A stretch of DNA of 64,000 bases from Eledone cirrhosa (Eukaryota): contig OZ024758.1 of the NCBI GenBank assembly GCA_964016885.1, forward strand, positions 3,658,001 to 3,722,000, given 5' to 3'. The notes under the pieces are model-generated. The model was not told the DNA's origin, ran no database searches, and worked only from the letters and a program-made list of their open reading frames with translations. Every line of letters begins with the position of its first letter. Position 1 is the stretch's first letter. Shown here piece after piece: positions 13,800 to 27,879 of the stretch. The translations under genes and the position numbers were made by a program.

Positions 13800-14062
13800 C
13801 CATACGGCATCTCTTAAAGGTCAGAGTCTTTTAATTGATTGCCATTTCATTCAGGATGAAGGCATTACAATATTTCTGAAAATATTTCACACTCTTCTAT
13901 TCTTTAATATCGAGCGGCAAATTGTGGAATTCGTAAAAACGTATAAAATGTTTCTTCATATTCTTCAGGGACAATTTCTCCAGATCATTTCGAAATGGGA
14001 TCCTCTAGATATCATATAAGAGATGGCCTTCATCACCACAGTTCTATTATGTCTTCATCCAT
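13800..14062 (-). pseudogene. Possible decayed MADF/Myb-SANT domain remnant
   Basis: Manual translation across stops and frameshifts gives MDEDIIELW**RPSL-YDI ... FHNL ... KWQSIKRL*PLRD, reminiscent of the MADF pattern LIELxxxRPxLYD...W....L.FL.D. Confidence 0.3.
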
Positions 14063-14314
14063 ATTTAAAGATCCTAGGAATTAAGACTGGTTTCATTCAT
14101 AAGATTTAAATATCATGTCGATGACGCAGGTATCTTTCCATCTACGACATTCTCGATGTGGTACGGGTGAACCTGCCTGCAGTTTTTTTTACATAATTTA
14201 TCATTACTGTGTTGGAAAAATACCGTTGTGTATGATTTGAAGAGGCCGTTGGCTTCCATTTCTAGCAGAAAGTTTGTACAATATGAGCTTCTTCATCGTT
14301 GCCATTCGCACGAA

Positions 14315-14500
14315 AATAATTGTTTCTAGTTTTGGCACAAGGCCAGCAATTATCACAGTACATTACTGGTACTTTAATTTATCGAACCCGCAAGGATGAA
14401 AGGCAAAGTTAACCTCGGTGAGATTTGAACTCAGATTGTAAAGGATCGTAACTATGCTGAAAATCATGGTGTCCGACCCTCTAACGATACTGCCAATCCA
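14315..14500 (-). mobile_element. tRNA-SINE family A (short), near full length, with TSD
   Basis: A and B boxes, body and tail. Flanking ACGAAAATAAT (14310) / ACGAAATTAAT (14501). Confidence 0.92.
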
Positions 14501-15010
14501 ACGAAATTAATAGTGATAAGAATAATAAAATTGTAATACAGGGAATAATTTATAAAATTAACTAGAATTAATAACTTAAACAGAGAAATTTATTCAATTT
14601 AAATTTTCTACTCGACAATATGTAAACAGTGAATTTATATTAATCGTGAACAAACCTTTTTTATATGTAGAGATTTATAACAAAGATTTAAGTAAAATAC
14701 GTACACCTCTTAATATGTCTATTAATAATTGAGTGATAAAATAATGTATAATTAATTAGCGTATAATATTTCATTGAACTCCTAGAATATGATTGGTAAT
14801 ATAATAGTTAATAATTAATATATTCTGAGTATAACAAGTGGTATAAGGTATTCATGCAAATATATGCCCTGTTACCGGATCCTATGGAATACAATGGCTA
14901 CCATTGTGCAGAGACTATCACATCACTCGTAACATTCTAGTTAGGAAGCTACGTTGTTGCTGAAGGAATAGTTGCACTTACTTTAATGATTTATTGTGAT
15001 AAACTTCCCA

Positions 15011-15525
15011 GTGTTTAGGTTGGGCAGCTTTCAACAAGAACAAGGAAGTACTAACATCACAACGAGTTTCCTACCATTTGAAGGCTAAGATATTTGATAC
15101 ATACATAGCAGTTGTGTTATACGGTCTTGACTGTGCTAATTGGACGACAAGGTCACTTCAAAAGCTCTCTACATTCCAGAACCACATCATGAGATTTATG
15201 ACTGGCAAGCGGCTCAGCGACCATATCTGCATCAGTGAGCTGCTCAACATTACCAAACTTAGACCAATTACATCAATTTTCAAGTCAAGAGTACTCGAAC
15301 AATACGGCCATATTAAAAAAATCAACTCATGGTGTGAGTAGGTTATGCCTGGGAGGAAGGTTGGCTGGTAAGACGAGCAGAGGCCGGCAGCCAAATAGAT
15401 GACTTGACAATGTCAACTTATGGACTGGACTTGATCTTTGCTCTTTGAATTCTGCTGCTGGTGATCGAACTTTGTGGAGAGAGATATCACATATTAATGC
15501 ACAGTCTGCAACTGGCGGAGTTTAG
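15011..15525 (+). mobile_element. Decayed 3' fragment of RTE-clade LINE ORF
   Basis: GWAAFNKNKEVLTS..LKAKIFDTYIAVVLYGLDCANW..KLSTFQNHIMR..YGHI..RGRQPNR*LDNV..W..AAGDRTLWR matches the post-RT C-terminal pattern of RTE elements. Contains a frameshift and stops. Confidence 0.85.
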
Positions 15526-16252
15526 CGTCACAAGAGAGTTAATACAGTGTATGGATAATACTATATCATCATAAGTCCTATCGTTTCTAAGTGAGAATGA
15601 TATGATCTGAGGTTCTCCTCTTTATTCGTTGTTTGTTTTGTTGCTGACTATCTTAAGTCATTCCTTTTATACGTTGAAAATATATTTTGTGTTTTGGTAT
15701 ATTTGTTTGTTAGTTTTACTCTTCGTATTATTATTTATATTTTTATGTTGAATTCTCTACGTCATTTTCTCTTTTCCAAAGGAACTCAACTTTAGATTTA
15801 CGGGATATATTTGCTATTGCTACCAAGCTGTTAGCGACGATGAAGAATATGTTTCGTCTTCATAACTGAAATATATAATAATAAATAAAATATATATGAG
15901 GCAACATCTTTTCCTTAAATGGAGAAGATATATATAACAGTTTCAATAATAATATGAATATATCTTCGTCTTTCTTAATATAATAACAATAAAATATGAT
16001 CCACCTTATGTTAGAAAAGTCACATCAATAAACAAATATAAACCAAAGAACAGTTTTCCACAGATAGTCACTTAGAGAACAACGAAAGTAATAATATTTC
16101 TTTCCAACATGGAGGCAAATGTGCAAGGCTTTTTTTTTTTTTTCATATTTCGTTTTTGAGGAAATGTTTCTTCGAATTAAGTGGCTAACCCTTTGCATGA
16201 GGAGGACATACTGGTAGTTAAGAATTGGAAGTTGATATTGATCCCGGGCTCT

Positions 16253-16566
16253 GGTTAGATTTGCCTTTCATCCTTACGTGATCGATAAATAAATTACTCA
16301 TTGGGGGTCGATTTAAACGACTTTCCTCTTCCCCCTAAACATTGCTGGCCTTGTGCCTAAATGAGAAACCATTATTATTATTATTATTAAGTTTCACTTC
16401 AGGGCGGTGGATTAGCAGTATCGGTAGAGGGTTCGACCACATGCGTCGCAGCATAGGGTTACGGCCCTTTATGTTCTGAGTTCAAACCTCGCCGAGGTTA
16501 ACTTTGACTTTCATCATTACGGGGTCGATAAGAAAAAGTACAAGTCACGCATGGGTGTCGATTTAA
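16253..16566 (+). mobile_element. Tandem pair of family A SINEs (16253-16389 long, head lost; 16401-16566 full head, 3' lost in CA repeat)
   Basis: The second copy starts AGGGCGGTGGATTAGCAGTATCGG right after the (ATT)n tail of the first. Confidence 0.88.
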
Positions 16567-17084
16567 CACACGTATACACATACACACACACATGCACACA
16601 CACACACAGATGTGCACACAAACATACACACATACACACACAAAAACACACACATGTGCACACAAATATACACACACACAAACACACACATGTGCAGACA
16701 CACACACACACACACAAACAAAAACACACAGACTCACAAACATACACATGCATGCGCATAAATACAGTCATGAAAGAAACAATAGGAGTTAAAAAGCCTC
16801 ATACATTTATTGCTAAAGTTGATGATATTTAGTGAAGAGACATGAAGTGTGGTGGGGTGTATGCAGGCTATTAGGAATTGCTTTTGTCATAGAATCCTGG
16901 TGTTGTCACAAGAGCTAAGCTGGGAGGGATACATACGTGAAGCTGTGTGGATTTGATGACAGGAATTCATGCCGTTATTTAGATAGTGGTAATATTAGCC
17001 CAGTAAAAGTAGAATTTAGCCTGTCAGTGTCAGCGCTACATCAAACAAAATCCATGCTGGTATCCAACCTATTTACTATTTCAG

Positions 17085-17290
17085 TACAAATCGCTTCAGT
17101 ATTAAAGTTTCTTTTCTCCTCTTGGGGTTAATAAAATAAAGTATCATTCAATTACTGGCGTTGACATAATCGTTAAAATGTCGGATTGAATGTATCGCAT
17201 CGTTCGTTCTGATCTCTGTTCAAACCTGAGTTCAAATTCCACTCGGGTCAACTTTGCCTTACATTTTTTTAAGGGAACATGAAGAAAGTA
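17085..17290 (+). mobile_element. Old family A-like SINE fragments
   Basis: GGGGTTAATAAAATAAAGTATCA and CTGAGTTCAAATTCC..GGTCAACTTTGCCTT. Confidence 0.55.
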
Positions 17291-17394
17291 GGATTCAATA
17301 TTTTTTCTACTTTGCTTCCTTTTTTTAATTCACTCTTTCATTATCTCTTCCTTGCATCATCTCTCACACACTCTCTCTCTCTCCCTGCCTCTCC

Positions 17395-17469
<75 letters not shown>

Positions 17470-17729
17470 TTATATATGAGAGAGATCTTCCTCTCTTTGC
17501 CCCCCCCCCACCCCGTTCTCTCTCTTCATATCGCTCTCATTTCCACTTCCTCACACCATCGCTCACCCTCTCTCTATCTCTCCTTTTCATCCCATCTTTC
17601 TATACGTCGCTCCCTTCCCCTCGCTATCACCCTCTCCCTCTCTCTCTTTGTATCGCTCTCTCCCTCTCTATCTTCATATTGCTCTCGGGATGCTATATGT
17701 GTGTGTGTCTGCCTGAAACTAAATGCCAC

Positions 17730-17810
17730 ATCTCAGTATATAACTGGTACTTGTGTATCTTCTCTGGAAGAATAAAAAGTAAAGTCGACTTTAACAGGAA
17801 TTGAACCCAG
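17730..17810 (-). mobile_element. Old family A-like SINE fragment
   Basis: ACTGGTACTT..AAAGTCGAC..GGAATTGAACCC. Confidence 0.5.
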
Positions 17811-18517
17811 AATAATGATAATTAAAAAAGAAAAATAGAACCCTGCGGAACAAAATTAATGGTGATACTTTACCACCTGTCCTTCTGACTCCTACAATTG
17901 AACATCCATTAGAATAATTAGTAATAATTGCTGATTAAAAATGATAATAAATTTTTAAATGAAAGGACAGAAACGAGAAGAATGATAGAAATGTCAATAA
18001 AGAAAGTAAGAAAGAAGGAAGTGAAGAAAGAAAAAAAGAAGGAAATATTATTAAAAGGGAAGAAGAAAATAAGTGGAATCTTCAGCGATTCAAATTTTGG
18101 TAATGAATCTCCAATTTTTGATTTGTGATATGTTTTAGTTGTATTTTACACAATAGATTTGTCCTTTCTTTGTTTTTGTTTTTATTTCTATTTTTAATTT
18201 TTATTTGTATTTATTTTATTTTTTTTGCCCAAAGATTTTTCCATTTGCTTCCTTCTAGTCAGCATCTATTTGTAAAGGATGCTATTGTTTGAGGGCTGGG
18301 GTGAACGGAAGGAAATTCATCCTTAATCTCTAGTTACTTCTTTGATGAAATTTCAGAAGATGAACTCATACTATTCATTTTAGTCGACCTGTCAAACTTT
18401 TGTAGCCACAAACGATAGAAAACTTTTTAAAGATTTTGTTTAAATATGGCCTATTATGTTGTATTATATTTTGTGATATAATATTATATTGCATGTATAT
18501 ATATATATATATATATT

Positions 18518-18692
18518 TAGAGGGTGTCCCTAAAACTGTATATACCCTTTTATTAGAATTTTATTGAAGTGTGTATATATTTTTTGAGGGCACACACTCT
18601 CTCTCTATATATATATACACCCTTTTATATGTATATACCCTTTTATTAGAATGCTTTCGAAGTGTATATATATTTTTTTAGGACACCCTATA
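18518..18692. mobile_element. Tc1/mariner-type ~80-bp MITE, partly duplicated
   Basis: TIR AGGGTGTCCCTAAAACTGTATA ... TATATATTTTTTTAGGACACCCT in a TA context. Internal TTTATTAGAAT..GAAGT is shared with 59984-60064. Confidence 0.7.
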
Positions 18693-19962
18693 TATATATA
18701 TATATATGTTTGTGTGTGTGGGGGGGGGGCGTGCAATTGTGTATGTGTGTATGAGTGTAAGCGTGCGTGTGTGATGTGTATGTTTATATGTATGTGTCTG
18801 TGTGTATGTATATGTGTCTGTGCATATGTGAGTGTATGTGTTTGTGTCTGTGTGCATGTGTTTATGTGTGTGTGTGCGTGTGCGTGCCTATTTCATTTTC
18901 AAAGTAGTATGAGTCTAACATATTCAATACAAAAGAAAAAAAATGTGAAAATGATGATAATGACTTCCTCCTCTGCATCTTTTTCTACCTCTTTCTCTCC
19001 TTCTAGTGAGATTTCTATTCTTTATCTGTCCATCTGTCTTACAGACGGTCTTTCGTGAAAAAAAAATAAGCTCTGATCCCCCCCCCCCTCTTTCTATTGT
19101 GTATTTATTAAAGAAATATTAAATGAAATATCCATTGTTAGATAAACTTCCATTTTCTTCATCTTCTCTTCATATTATTTTGAATAGTCTGCAAAGTAGG
19201 ATTAGCCAGGATAATAAAAGACATTACTCTCACTACTAATAACAATGGTAGTCTTTGGCGATACTAATGTGGTAGTCGGGAATGAAGACTTATGAAGCAT
19301 TTATTTAATTGCCCGTTGCAGCCCAGTCGAAAATTAGTTATTCTTAATAATAGAAATGATTTTTAGCAAACGCTCAGAGAGTAAAATATTCAGGGATGTA
19401 GCATTTACTATTAAATAAATCCCCACATTTCTTATATTGTTTTTTGAAGAACTACATAGAAAATAGAACTGAATTTGAAAGTAAATAACAAAAAGCTACT
19501 GCAAAAACCTCCCCTAAGATAAAATTACACTCAGCTGAGCCAGAAGGACAGAAATGAAAAGTTATTCAGAACGGTGACATATACCATCTTAGTTTAACAC
19601 TGGTACTTAAATTATTGATACTAGGAACATCAGAGAAACCTCTTAAATTAGCGAGATTCGAAATCAGAACTGAAAGAATGTAACAAAATAATAAAGGATT
19701 CTGTGTCCATTGGTCTAAAGATTCTGTGTCCGTTGGTCTAAAGAGTCTGTTAATGCAACAACTAGGTATAAGGCCATATGTATAAGTTAGTGACAATACC
19801 ACATACATATTTGTAGAGTGATGTATTAGAGTAGATATAAAGGGCGGAGATATGCCTTTAGGTTTACAAAGATCGTTGGGCAGGTAAATGGTTTGAGATT
19901 AGTAACAAGATTGGATTAAAATTCGGTAAGCCTTTCAAACATATATATATAAACACACACAC

Positions 19963-20017
<55 letters not shown>

Positions 20018-20161
20018 GATAGAGAGAGACAGCGAGAGAAAGAAAGGGGGGATGTGTAATACCAATCAGTATTACATCTATCTATATACTCAATTGCATC
20101 ACCCCGTGCTTACAGTACACCCATGATTTGGGGTCTCTTCAGTCTCAGAACCACATATTCT

Positions 20162-20202
<41 letters not shown>

Positions 20203-20384
20203 ATATACAGTAATAATAATAAATGTGAAGACTAAAATCCAAAGAGGGTTCCATAAGGAGAAATATATATTAAATATATAAGAATCCTAGAGCAAATATT
20301 TAATAAAAGAACAAATTAAACTAGTTTCAGAAGATCCCGTTAAGGGTGAAAGCAGCTATTCTTTGCTTAAACTTTAATCTGTTA

Positions 20385-20429
<45 letters not shown>

Positions 20430-20537
20430 CCCAGTAATAAACAGGTGAAACTCCTGAGTAACAAGACTCACAATTCAGCCTTAATAAGATGAACAATTAA
20501 ACAATACTCCTTTCACTCAGCTGTCATCCACATACGG

Positions 20538-20686
<149 letters not shown>

Positions 20687-21511
20687 TAAATTTAGAAAAT
20701 GAACGTAACATAATTTCTTACTCTATGCGACGTGTTTCTGACACTATTTCATTGTTACGTCTTATACAGTAAAAAAAAAAAAAACTAAATTTAGCTTTTT
20801 AAATATTTCTTATAATGTTAGTTGTTGTGTGACGCATCGTCATCGATAAAGCGCTGGCGGATCTGTTACTAATTGTGTTGTTTATATGTTTTATGTAATT
20901 TATGATATCATTTCTAACAAAGATGTAATGTGATAGGATTGTTTTCAGCACCAGTCATTGCCCTTTAGCACATATATAATGTTTCACAAACAAAGTGCAT
21001 TATGCGTTTTTGTTTTCAATATCTTCGGCTCCCAATATATCTTGGCAAATTGTCTAAATCAATAATTTTACCATCTACAGTTTTAATATTTGATACAAGT
21101 ACATAAGTTCTATCGTTAATATTTCTTCAGCATTTCAACATGATTAATATTCACCATATATATATATACCATACACACACGCACACGCACACGCACACGC
21201 ACACACATATGTGTGTATGTATGTATATATGCATATACATATATATGTGTGTGTGTGTGTGTATGTGTATCTTAAAGAAAGTAAAATTAAGATCACTAAA
21301 TCATAACGAAACTAATTTTATGAGCAAATATTTTGCAGAGTGCTCGATAAGAATGAGAAAAATGTGATTTAAAGGATTAATATGATGGAAAATATAGGCA
21401 GTAAAAACCAACTGACACTTGCCAACAAAACGAAGATAAATTATATATATAAATTCTGTTTTGATGATTAGGAAACAATTTGTAACGCTATATAACATAT
21501 AAGAAATAAAA

Positions 21512-21699
21512 GTTTCTACTTTTGGCACAAGGACAGCAAATACCCAGTACATTACTGGTTCTTTATTTTATCGACCCGGTAAGGATGAATGGAAAAGTTA
21601 ACCTCGGCGGGGATTTGATCTCAGATCATAAAGGGACGTAATTCTACCCTGGAAAGCATGGCGTCCGAACCACTACCGATACTGCGAATCCACCGCCCT
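21512..21699 (-). mobile_element. tRNA-SINE family A (short), full length, with TSD
   Basis: Head CCACCGCCC, boxes and tail. TATAAGAAATAAA occurs at 21498-21510 and 21700-21712. Confidence 0.92.
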
Positions 21700-21959
21700 T
21701 ATAAGAAATAAACCAGTGTGGTCATGTTGTTTAAATATAGGATATAACCAACTATTTCCATATTTCCAAACGATTCGATTAATTGTAAGGTTTGTGTAAT
21801 TTTGGCTCTGCCCACAAAACTATTGTATATCCCTCCTTATATGAACAGAAAGATTTGTCTGTTGAAATTGGGTGTAGTGGTAATACATTTTACATGATTT
21901 CCGGAGATGCTGGTTTTGATAATCTGTACTGCATGCTGTCCGTTTTTGTAGCAATATAT

Positions 21960-22066
21960 ATTTTTTCTTCTGATAATGCATTAGCGTCCGAGGTATTAAG
22001 ACCCTCTTGCTGCTATTTCAAGCATTAACCTATATACTGTACCGATTGTGTTGTTATTTCTGTTTA

Positions 22067-22068
<2 letters not shown>
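21960..22068 (+). mobile_element. Penelope-like pLTR remnant with degenerate hammerhead
   Basis: TCTT CTGATAA TGCAT TAGC GTCC GAGG TATT AAGA CCCTCTTGCTGCTATTTCAAGC is an inverted homolog of 22365-22450 and ends in (TA)n. Confidence 0.6.
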
Positions 22069-22141
<73 letters not shown>

Positions 22142-22146
<5 letters not shown>

Positions 22147-22328
22147 GTGGTTACACAACAGTTAGTTCACCATACAGAGAACAATTGTTTCACTTAGCGG
22201 ATTCTCAGCTATGGTGAAACAATTGTTCTCGGTATAGTGAACTAACTGTTGTGTTGCCACTTCTACCTAACTCGTCCCATGGACTGAGTGGCCTACCACT
22301 ACGGATATTACTTCCAGTGCTCTACCAC

Positions 22329-22329
<1 letters not shown>
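22142..22329 (+). mobile_element. TA-embedded fold-back element (~55-bp arms) plus tail
   Basis: Inverted repeat 22142-22265 centred on GTTTC-ACTTAGC..GCTATGGT-GAAAC AATT GTT. Tail GATATTAC..GCTCTAC. (TA)n on both sides. Confidence 0.75.
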
Positions 22330-22361
<32 letters not shown>

Positions 22362-22408
22362 CGAAAGGAATATATTAGGTGTTAACGCTTGAAATAGCAG
22401 GAAGAGGG

Positions 22409-22444
22409 TCTTAAACTTTCGGACGCTAGTCCTTCATCAGAAGA
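22409..22444 (-). ncRNA. Minimal type-I hammerhead ribozyme motif
   Basis: UCUU CUGAUGA A GGAC-UAGC-GUCC GAAA GU U U AAGA: intact core, 4-bp stem II, stem I UCUU/AAGA and a minimal stem III. Activity is untested. Confidence 0.65.
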
Positions 22445-22482
22445 AAGAATGAGAAATAAGATAGATTGAAGGAACGGATGGA

Positions 22483-22534
<52 letters not shown>

Positions 22535-23069
22535 TTTTATCTGTATATATCCTTGAAACATATACATATACACCAGATCCGAACACAAAGGAACAAAACT
22601 GTCTCTGCCTTGGTCTCTCCCGCTCTCTCTTAATCGTAGAGTTTATGTAAATTACACCAATTTATTTAAAGATTATTCATCACGAAACCGACGGATGATC
22701 CACCTTCTATATATTTACTTTTACAGTTATCTGTTTTCCATGCAAGTAACATGATACTGTTAGCAAACACACAAACAAAAACTTGACAAACATTGAGTAA
22801 TTTAAAAAACTAAATATGACATTGTCATCAAATAACTACATAGGTCACGTGTCACCTTATATCCTCTTTATTGCTACAGGGTCGTGTCTGTTATCTGATC
22901 CATAATTCCCCAATGTTTAAAGCTATGTATGTATGTATATATATATATATACATGTATATATATATACACACACACACATATATATAAGTATATATATAT
23001 TTATACATATATATATTATGTATGTATATATATATACATGTGTATATATATATTTATGTATTTATATAT

Positions 23070-23109
<40 letters not shown>

Positions 23110-24352
23110 TATTAATATTATTACCATTATCGTTATATGTAGTAGTAGAAGTAGTAGTAGTAGTTTTGATAGTGGGTGTTGTTGTTTTAGTTACTACTCT
23201 GATAATGGGAGAAGGCGATATTAAAGGAATACATTGCTAAAACGACATTTACCAACAAATAAACACACTAACCGAAACATTACATACACAGAAAAGTAAT
23301 ATTACAAACCATAGTCATATCTCAAATATGTTATATTAATAAATACAATTGACAGAAAGAAATTAACGCCGCTAAACTTTATCTAGATGTTTTAGTGAAG
23401 TGTCGTTGTTTGCTCTGGCTTCCGTTTGATGTGTAAGGCGACACTGTCAAATGACTGTCGTTACTGGAAATGTCAGTGTTTTTAGTCATTCTAATGAGTG
23501 GATCTTATTTCTTCTATTGTTTTAAGTTTTTCGTGTTACACTTCACACTTCCTATGTCATATTCGAATTCTTTTAATTTGCCTCATTCTCATTTATCGGA
23601 ACAAACTCCTAAACTATTTCTTTTACTTGATTTTGTTATTTACTTTTGATATTTATTTAATTATATTTCGTTCTATGCCTTTCTAAAGCTATATATTAAA
23701 TATGTATATTTTGTTTCCTTGCCAATTATGTTCGTATTTGAGGCCTCATTAAATTTAACACTGGTAAATACTTTATATTAGCAGCTAACATGGTTTCAAA
23801 TTTCATTTTTATTTTCTTTACTGCTTATATTTGTCCATAAATGTACAAATACATTGTAATTTATAATTCTAGGAATTGGCAAAGTCGTTAGAAAGTCGAA
23901 CCAAATTATTTGCGCTCTTTGTTTCAGGTCTCAGAATTCCTAAATTCTATTATTTTGGGGTTGATAAATAAAGTACTAGCCCCGTAATGTGGATTACCAA
24001 AGTTGTTAGTACGTGAGACAACATTCATTGAGGACGTGCAATTGCCCGATTGATAATACACAATTTTCTGCACACTGCAATATTAATAATTGTTGTTGGG
24101 CAGAATGTTTTTAACAGAAATGGAATTCATCCAATAGATGGATACATAATATATCTTTACCTAAATACAGCCACTGCACTCTATTTTACTACCGTGTGTG
24201 CATTCTGAACATCCAGATGCAGTTACACAACTGCAACCTTATTGATTCATTGATTGAGCATGTCATAGCCGGAGATCGCTGTAATAACAAGTGATTTTCG
24301 TAAAGCGTGTATATATATGCGAGAAAAACCCCAGACCCTCCAACTCTATTTC

Positions 24353-24390
24353 ACTTTCGAAAAGCATAAGAAATGTGAAACCGGTAAAGT
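24353..24390 (+). ncRNA. Degenerate minimal hammerhead motif
   Basis: ACTT TCGAAAA GCAT-AAGAA-ATGT GAAA CCGG TA AAGT: stems I and II and a palindromic CCGG loop III are present, but the 5' core is mutated. Followed by AATAAA and (TA)n ~55 bp downstream. Confidence 0.45.
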
Positions 24391-24442
24391 AAATAAATAG
24401 TTATTCTTAAAAAAGTCTCCAGTTGCATTTTCGATTTCTTTT

Positions 24443-24503
<61 letters not shown>

Positions 24504-25390
24504 ATATATACATCATATATTTTCTAAATGTTATGTATGTGCCAAATAGATTGACATATGCGATACTTTACTTATCAATTGCCTGGAATGGGTTTCTGAC
24601 ACTCTTTTACACATGAAGAAATATTTTCTTGTTACCATGTGAAATATATTTTTCACCATATATATATATATATATCATCATCATCATTTTCGTCTGCTTT
24701 TCCCTGCTTGCATATATATATATATATATACGTACATTATTTATATATATGGATGTGTCTGTGTCTGTATATTGTCTCTGTTTGTATCTGTGTCTCACTC
24801 TATATATGTGTCCATATCTGCATCTGTGTCAGTGTCTGTGTGGCTCTGCGCAGAAAGAAAGGGTAAAAACGTGCGCTGGGAGATAAATAAATTGGTTAGA
24901 TAGGACCTGACAACAAAACGAGAAAAAACAAATAATTGTCGGTGACTTTGAGAAACAAAACACTATTAAAAAAAGAAGGTTAATATAATATAGAAGAAGA
25001 GTTAAAGAAGTTAAGAGAGAAGAGCAATGGCTTTGACAAGAAGATAATATGGCTTCAAGCAAGATATATCTTAGTAACGTTTAACTTTATAGTTGACGTA
25101 TCGCAGCGAGTTTACGTTATTTATTAGAGAACTTGAGGATGTGGCAGTTGTTAGTTTTGCTTAACACTAGCTCTATTCTGAATATCTATGGTAAAAAGTG
25201 TACATGTCTGTCCATCCTATCTTTTAGGGGATATCATGGTTTACGTTATATGTTTTTTTTTATCTTCGTGTTTATTTTCTGAATATTTCTGTGTATCTAC
25301 AACAGAAAGATTTAAATATTGTACATGGACTTGCTGATTATTTCAACTTTGGCAAGTATGGTGAAAGTCATACTTTGTCTGAGCCTGTCA

Positions 25391-26103
25391 AATAATAATT
25401 GTTTCTACTTTTGGTACCAGGCTAGCAATTATCCCAGTGCATTACTGGTACATTATTTTATCGACCACGTAAGGCAAACCTAACCTCGGCGGGATTTGAA
25501 CTCAGACTATAAAGGGACGTAACTATGCTGGAAAGTATGTCGTCCGACCCTCTAAGGCATAAGGCCAACAATTTTTGGGGAGAGGAAAGTCGATAAAATC
25601 GACTCCATTGCATTACTGGTGCTTTATTTTATCGAACCCGTATTGATGAAAGGCAAACCTAACCTCAACGAGATTTGAACTTGGCATGTAAAGTGTCTTA
25701 ACTCTATGCTTCACATGTTTTCTGACGCTATACTGATTCTGCCAATCAACCACCTTTGTCAAATAATAATTGTTTCTATTTTTGGCACAAGGCCAGCAAT
25801 CACCCAGTACATTACAGGTACTTTATTTTATCGACCCCGTAAGGATGAAAGTCAAAGTTAAGTAGAAACAATTATTTATTGTTGCCTCGGTAGATTGGCA
25901 GTATCAGTAGAGGGTCGGACGCCATGCTTTGACGAATAGAGTTACAGCCTTCTATAATCTGAGTTCAAATCCGGCCGTGGTTAAATTTGCCTTTCATCCT
26001 TACGCGGTCGATAAGATAAAGTACCAGTCACACACTGGTGTCGATTTAATCCATTTTCCCCTCCCCAAAAATTGCTGGACTTCGCCTATATAAGAAACCA
26101 TTA
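25391..26103. mobile_element. Cluster of four family A SINEs (25391-25554 -, 25555-25755 -, 25762-25860 -, 25887-26103 +)
   Basis: Bodies and tails are recognisable. TGTCAAATAATAATT repeats at 25386 and 25757. A TSD ATTATTTATTGTTGCC flanks the last copy. Confidence 0.9.
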
Positions 26104-27412
26104 TTTATTGTTGCCCACACTTTTACTCTGATTCAAAATCCCACTAAGCCTATTCATGTTACAAGAAACAAAAATATTTATTGTTACTAAATTCGAGAAG
26201 ACTGGCGTTAAAATGTATGTGAAAGAAGATAATATTGTGCTTTCATTTACCATGAGATATAAAGTTTTAGATATGGTCTCAAAGCCAAACGGTATCGATT
26301 CGGTTAATCAAATTTATTACTAATGATCATGCAAACATACAATTACGTGTATTCCATTGAAACCTAATATGACAAAATTATCGTTGCCTAATTGGCTGAG
26401 GAATAACGAACCACACCCAACGACAAACGAGATCTTGATCTGCAGTGAACAGAAGAGAAAAAAAATCCTTTCTTATGAACAGATAAAATCAATTCCAGTG
26501 ATTGAAATTTGTGGTTGAATTTGTTTGTTTAACAAAAAAATTGTAATTTTTTTTCATTTTATTGTAAAATAATTGATCTTGTGATAAAAATGAAGGGCAT
26601 TAGCTATTATCAGTAATACTCCATGAGTTGACGCCTTTGCGTGTATATTATTAATCAATTTTACACGGCTACGTAGCCAAACTTTTAGAGAATCTACTAG
26701 AATTTGAAATTAGAATTCTAAGAATGTATGATAGCTCTAGTAAAAGATAACCGTGAACAAAGCAGATAGCCGGAGGTAAATAAAAAGCTGGAGGTGTCAA
26801 TAAAAAGAAAAATAATGGAAAGTTCCAAAGATTTTGATTAACCTTCATCTCGAAAAGCTGAACCACCTGTCAGGTTTTGGGATTCATATGAGAAAGCATC
26901 CTTCGAAGCTTGGACTTCCCCGAAATTGTGGAAGTAACGGTGACGACTAAAATCAATTAGGTTTCTTTTTCTAATGAAAGAAATATTAATTAAAACACAT
27001 TTTTATAACTCAGCGCATTTAACCATTTTTTTAGTTATATCTGATATACGAGTCTTGGAAACTATAGATCTATATTTTAAATAACTATAAACAAAATATC
27101 ATTCACATATTCGCAAATATTCACATGAATACACACATAATTCATCGCTCATATATATATATATATGTTGTTGCTTGTTATATTTTCTGTAGTTTACTTC
27201 ACAAACACTGTGTGTTGAATGAAGAGGACAGAATAGAATGATGACGTCCGTGTTTTGACTTTTTTTCTTTTCTTTTTCTGCACATAAATTATCTCAGTCT
27301 GTATCCATCTACTTAACTCGAGCTGTTTCTATTTTCTCTTTTTTTATACATCCCTCTTTCTCGCTCCAATACTCTCTCTCTCTCGTTCGCTCTCTCTTTA
27401 TAAATATATATA

Positions 27413-27450
<38 letters not shown>

Positions 27451-27629
27451 TGAGGAGGTCACAGTATGTGTGTCGAATTTATGTTGACGAACTAACCAAT
27501 AATAAGTATTAAAGGTATGAAAAATATGGTGTGTGTTTTTCCATTGGCAAGACTAGCAACATAAATATCACTCAATATAAAAATATATATATATGTATGT
27601 GTGTGTGTGTGTGTATATACACACACACT

Positions 27630-27804
27630 TATCAAAATGAATGCAGTAAAAACCTGTTATACCATTACGCACCAGAGTACTCAATACCTGGGGCAGTAGA
27701 GTGTGGTAATACGAAAGTATCAGGACCCGATTGGTGAGCTCTTACAGTTTCAACAGCTAGTTCTGAACTAGCTGTTGAAACGGCAAAAGCTCAGCCGTCG
27801 CCAT

Positions 27805-27808
<4 letters not shown>
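27630..27808 (-). mobile_element. TA-embedded fold-back element (family B relative)
   Basis: Hairpin TGAGCTCTTACAGTTTCAACAGCTAGTTC/GAACTAGCTGTTGAAACGGCAAAAGCTCA. The minus-strand tail TATTACCACACTCTACTGCCCCAGGTATTGAGTACTCTGGTGCG matches 29668-29710. Confidence 0.75.

Positions 27809-27879
<71 letters not shown>

Noticed and set aside
22142-22265. Pre-miRNA
   Set aside because: The arms are longer than typical, the element sits in (TA)n, and it shares architecture with the repeat families. It cannot be called without small-RNA data.
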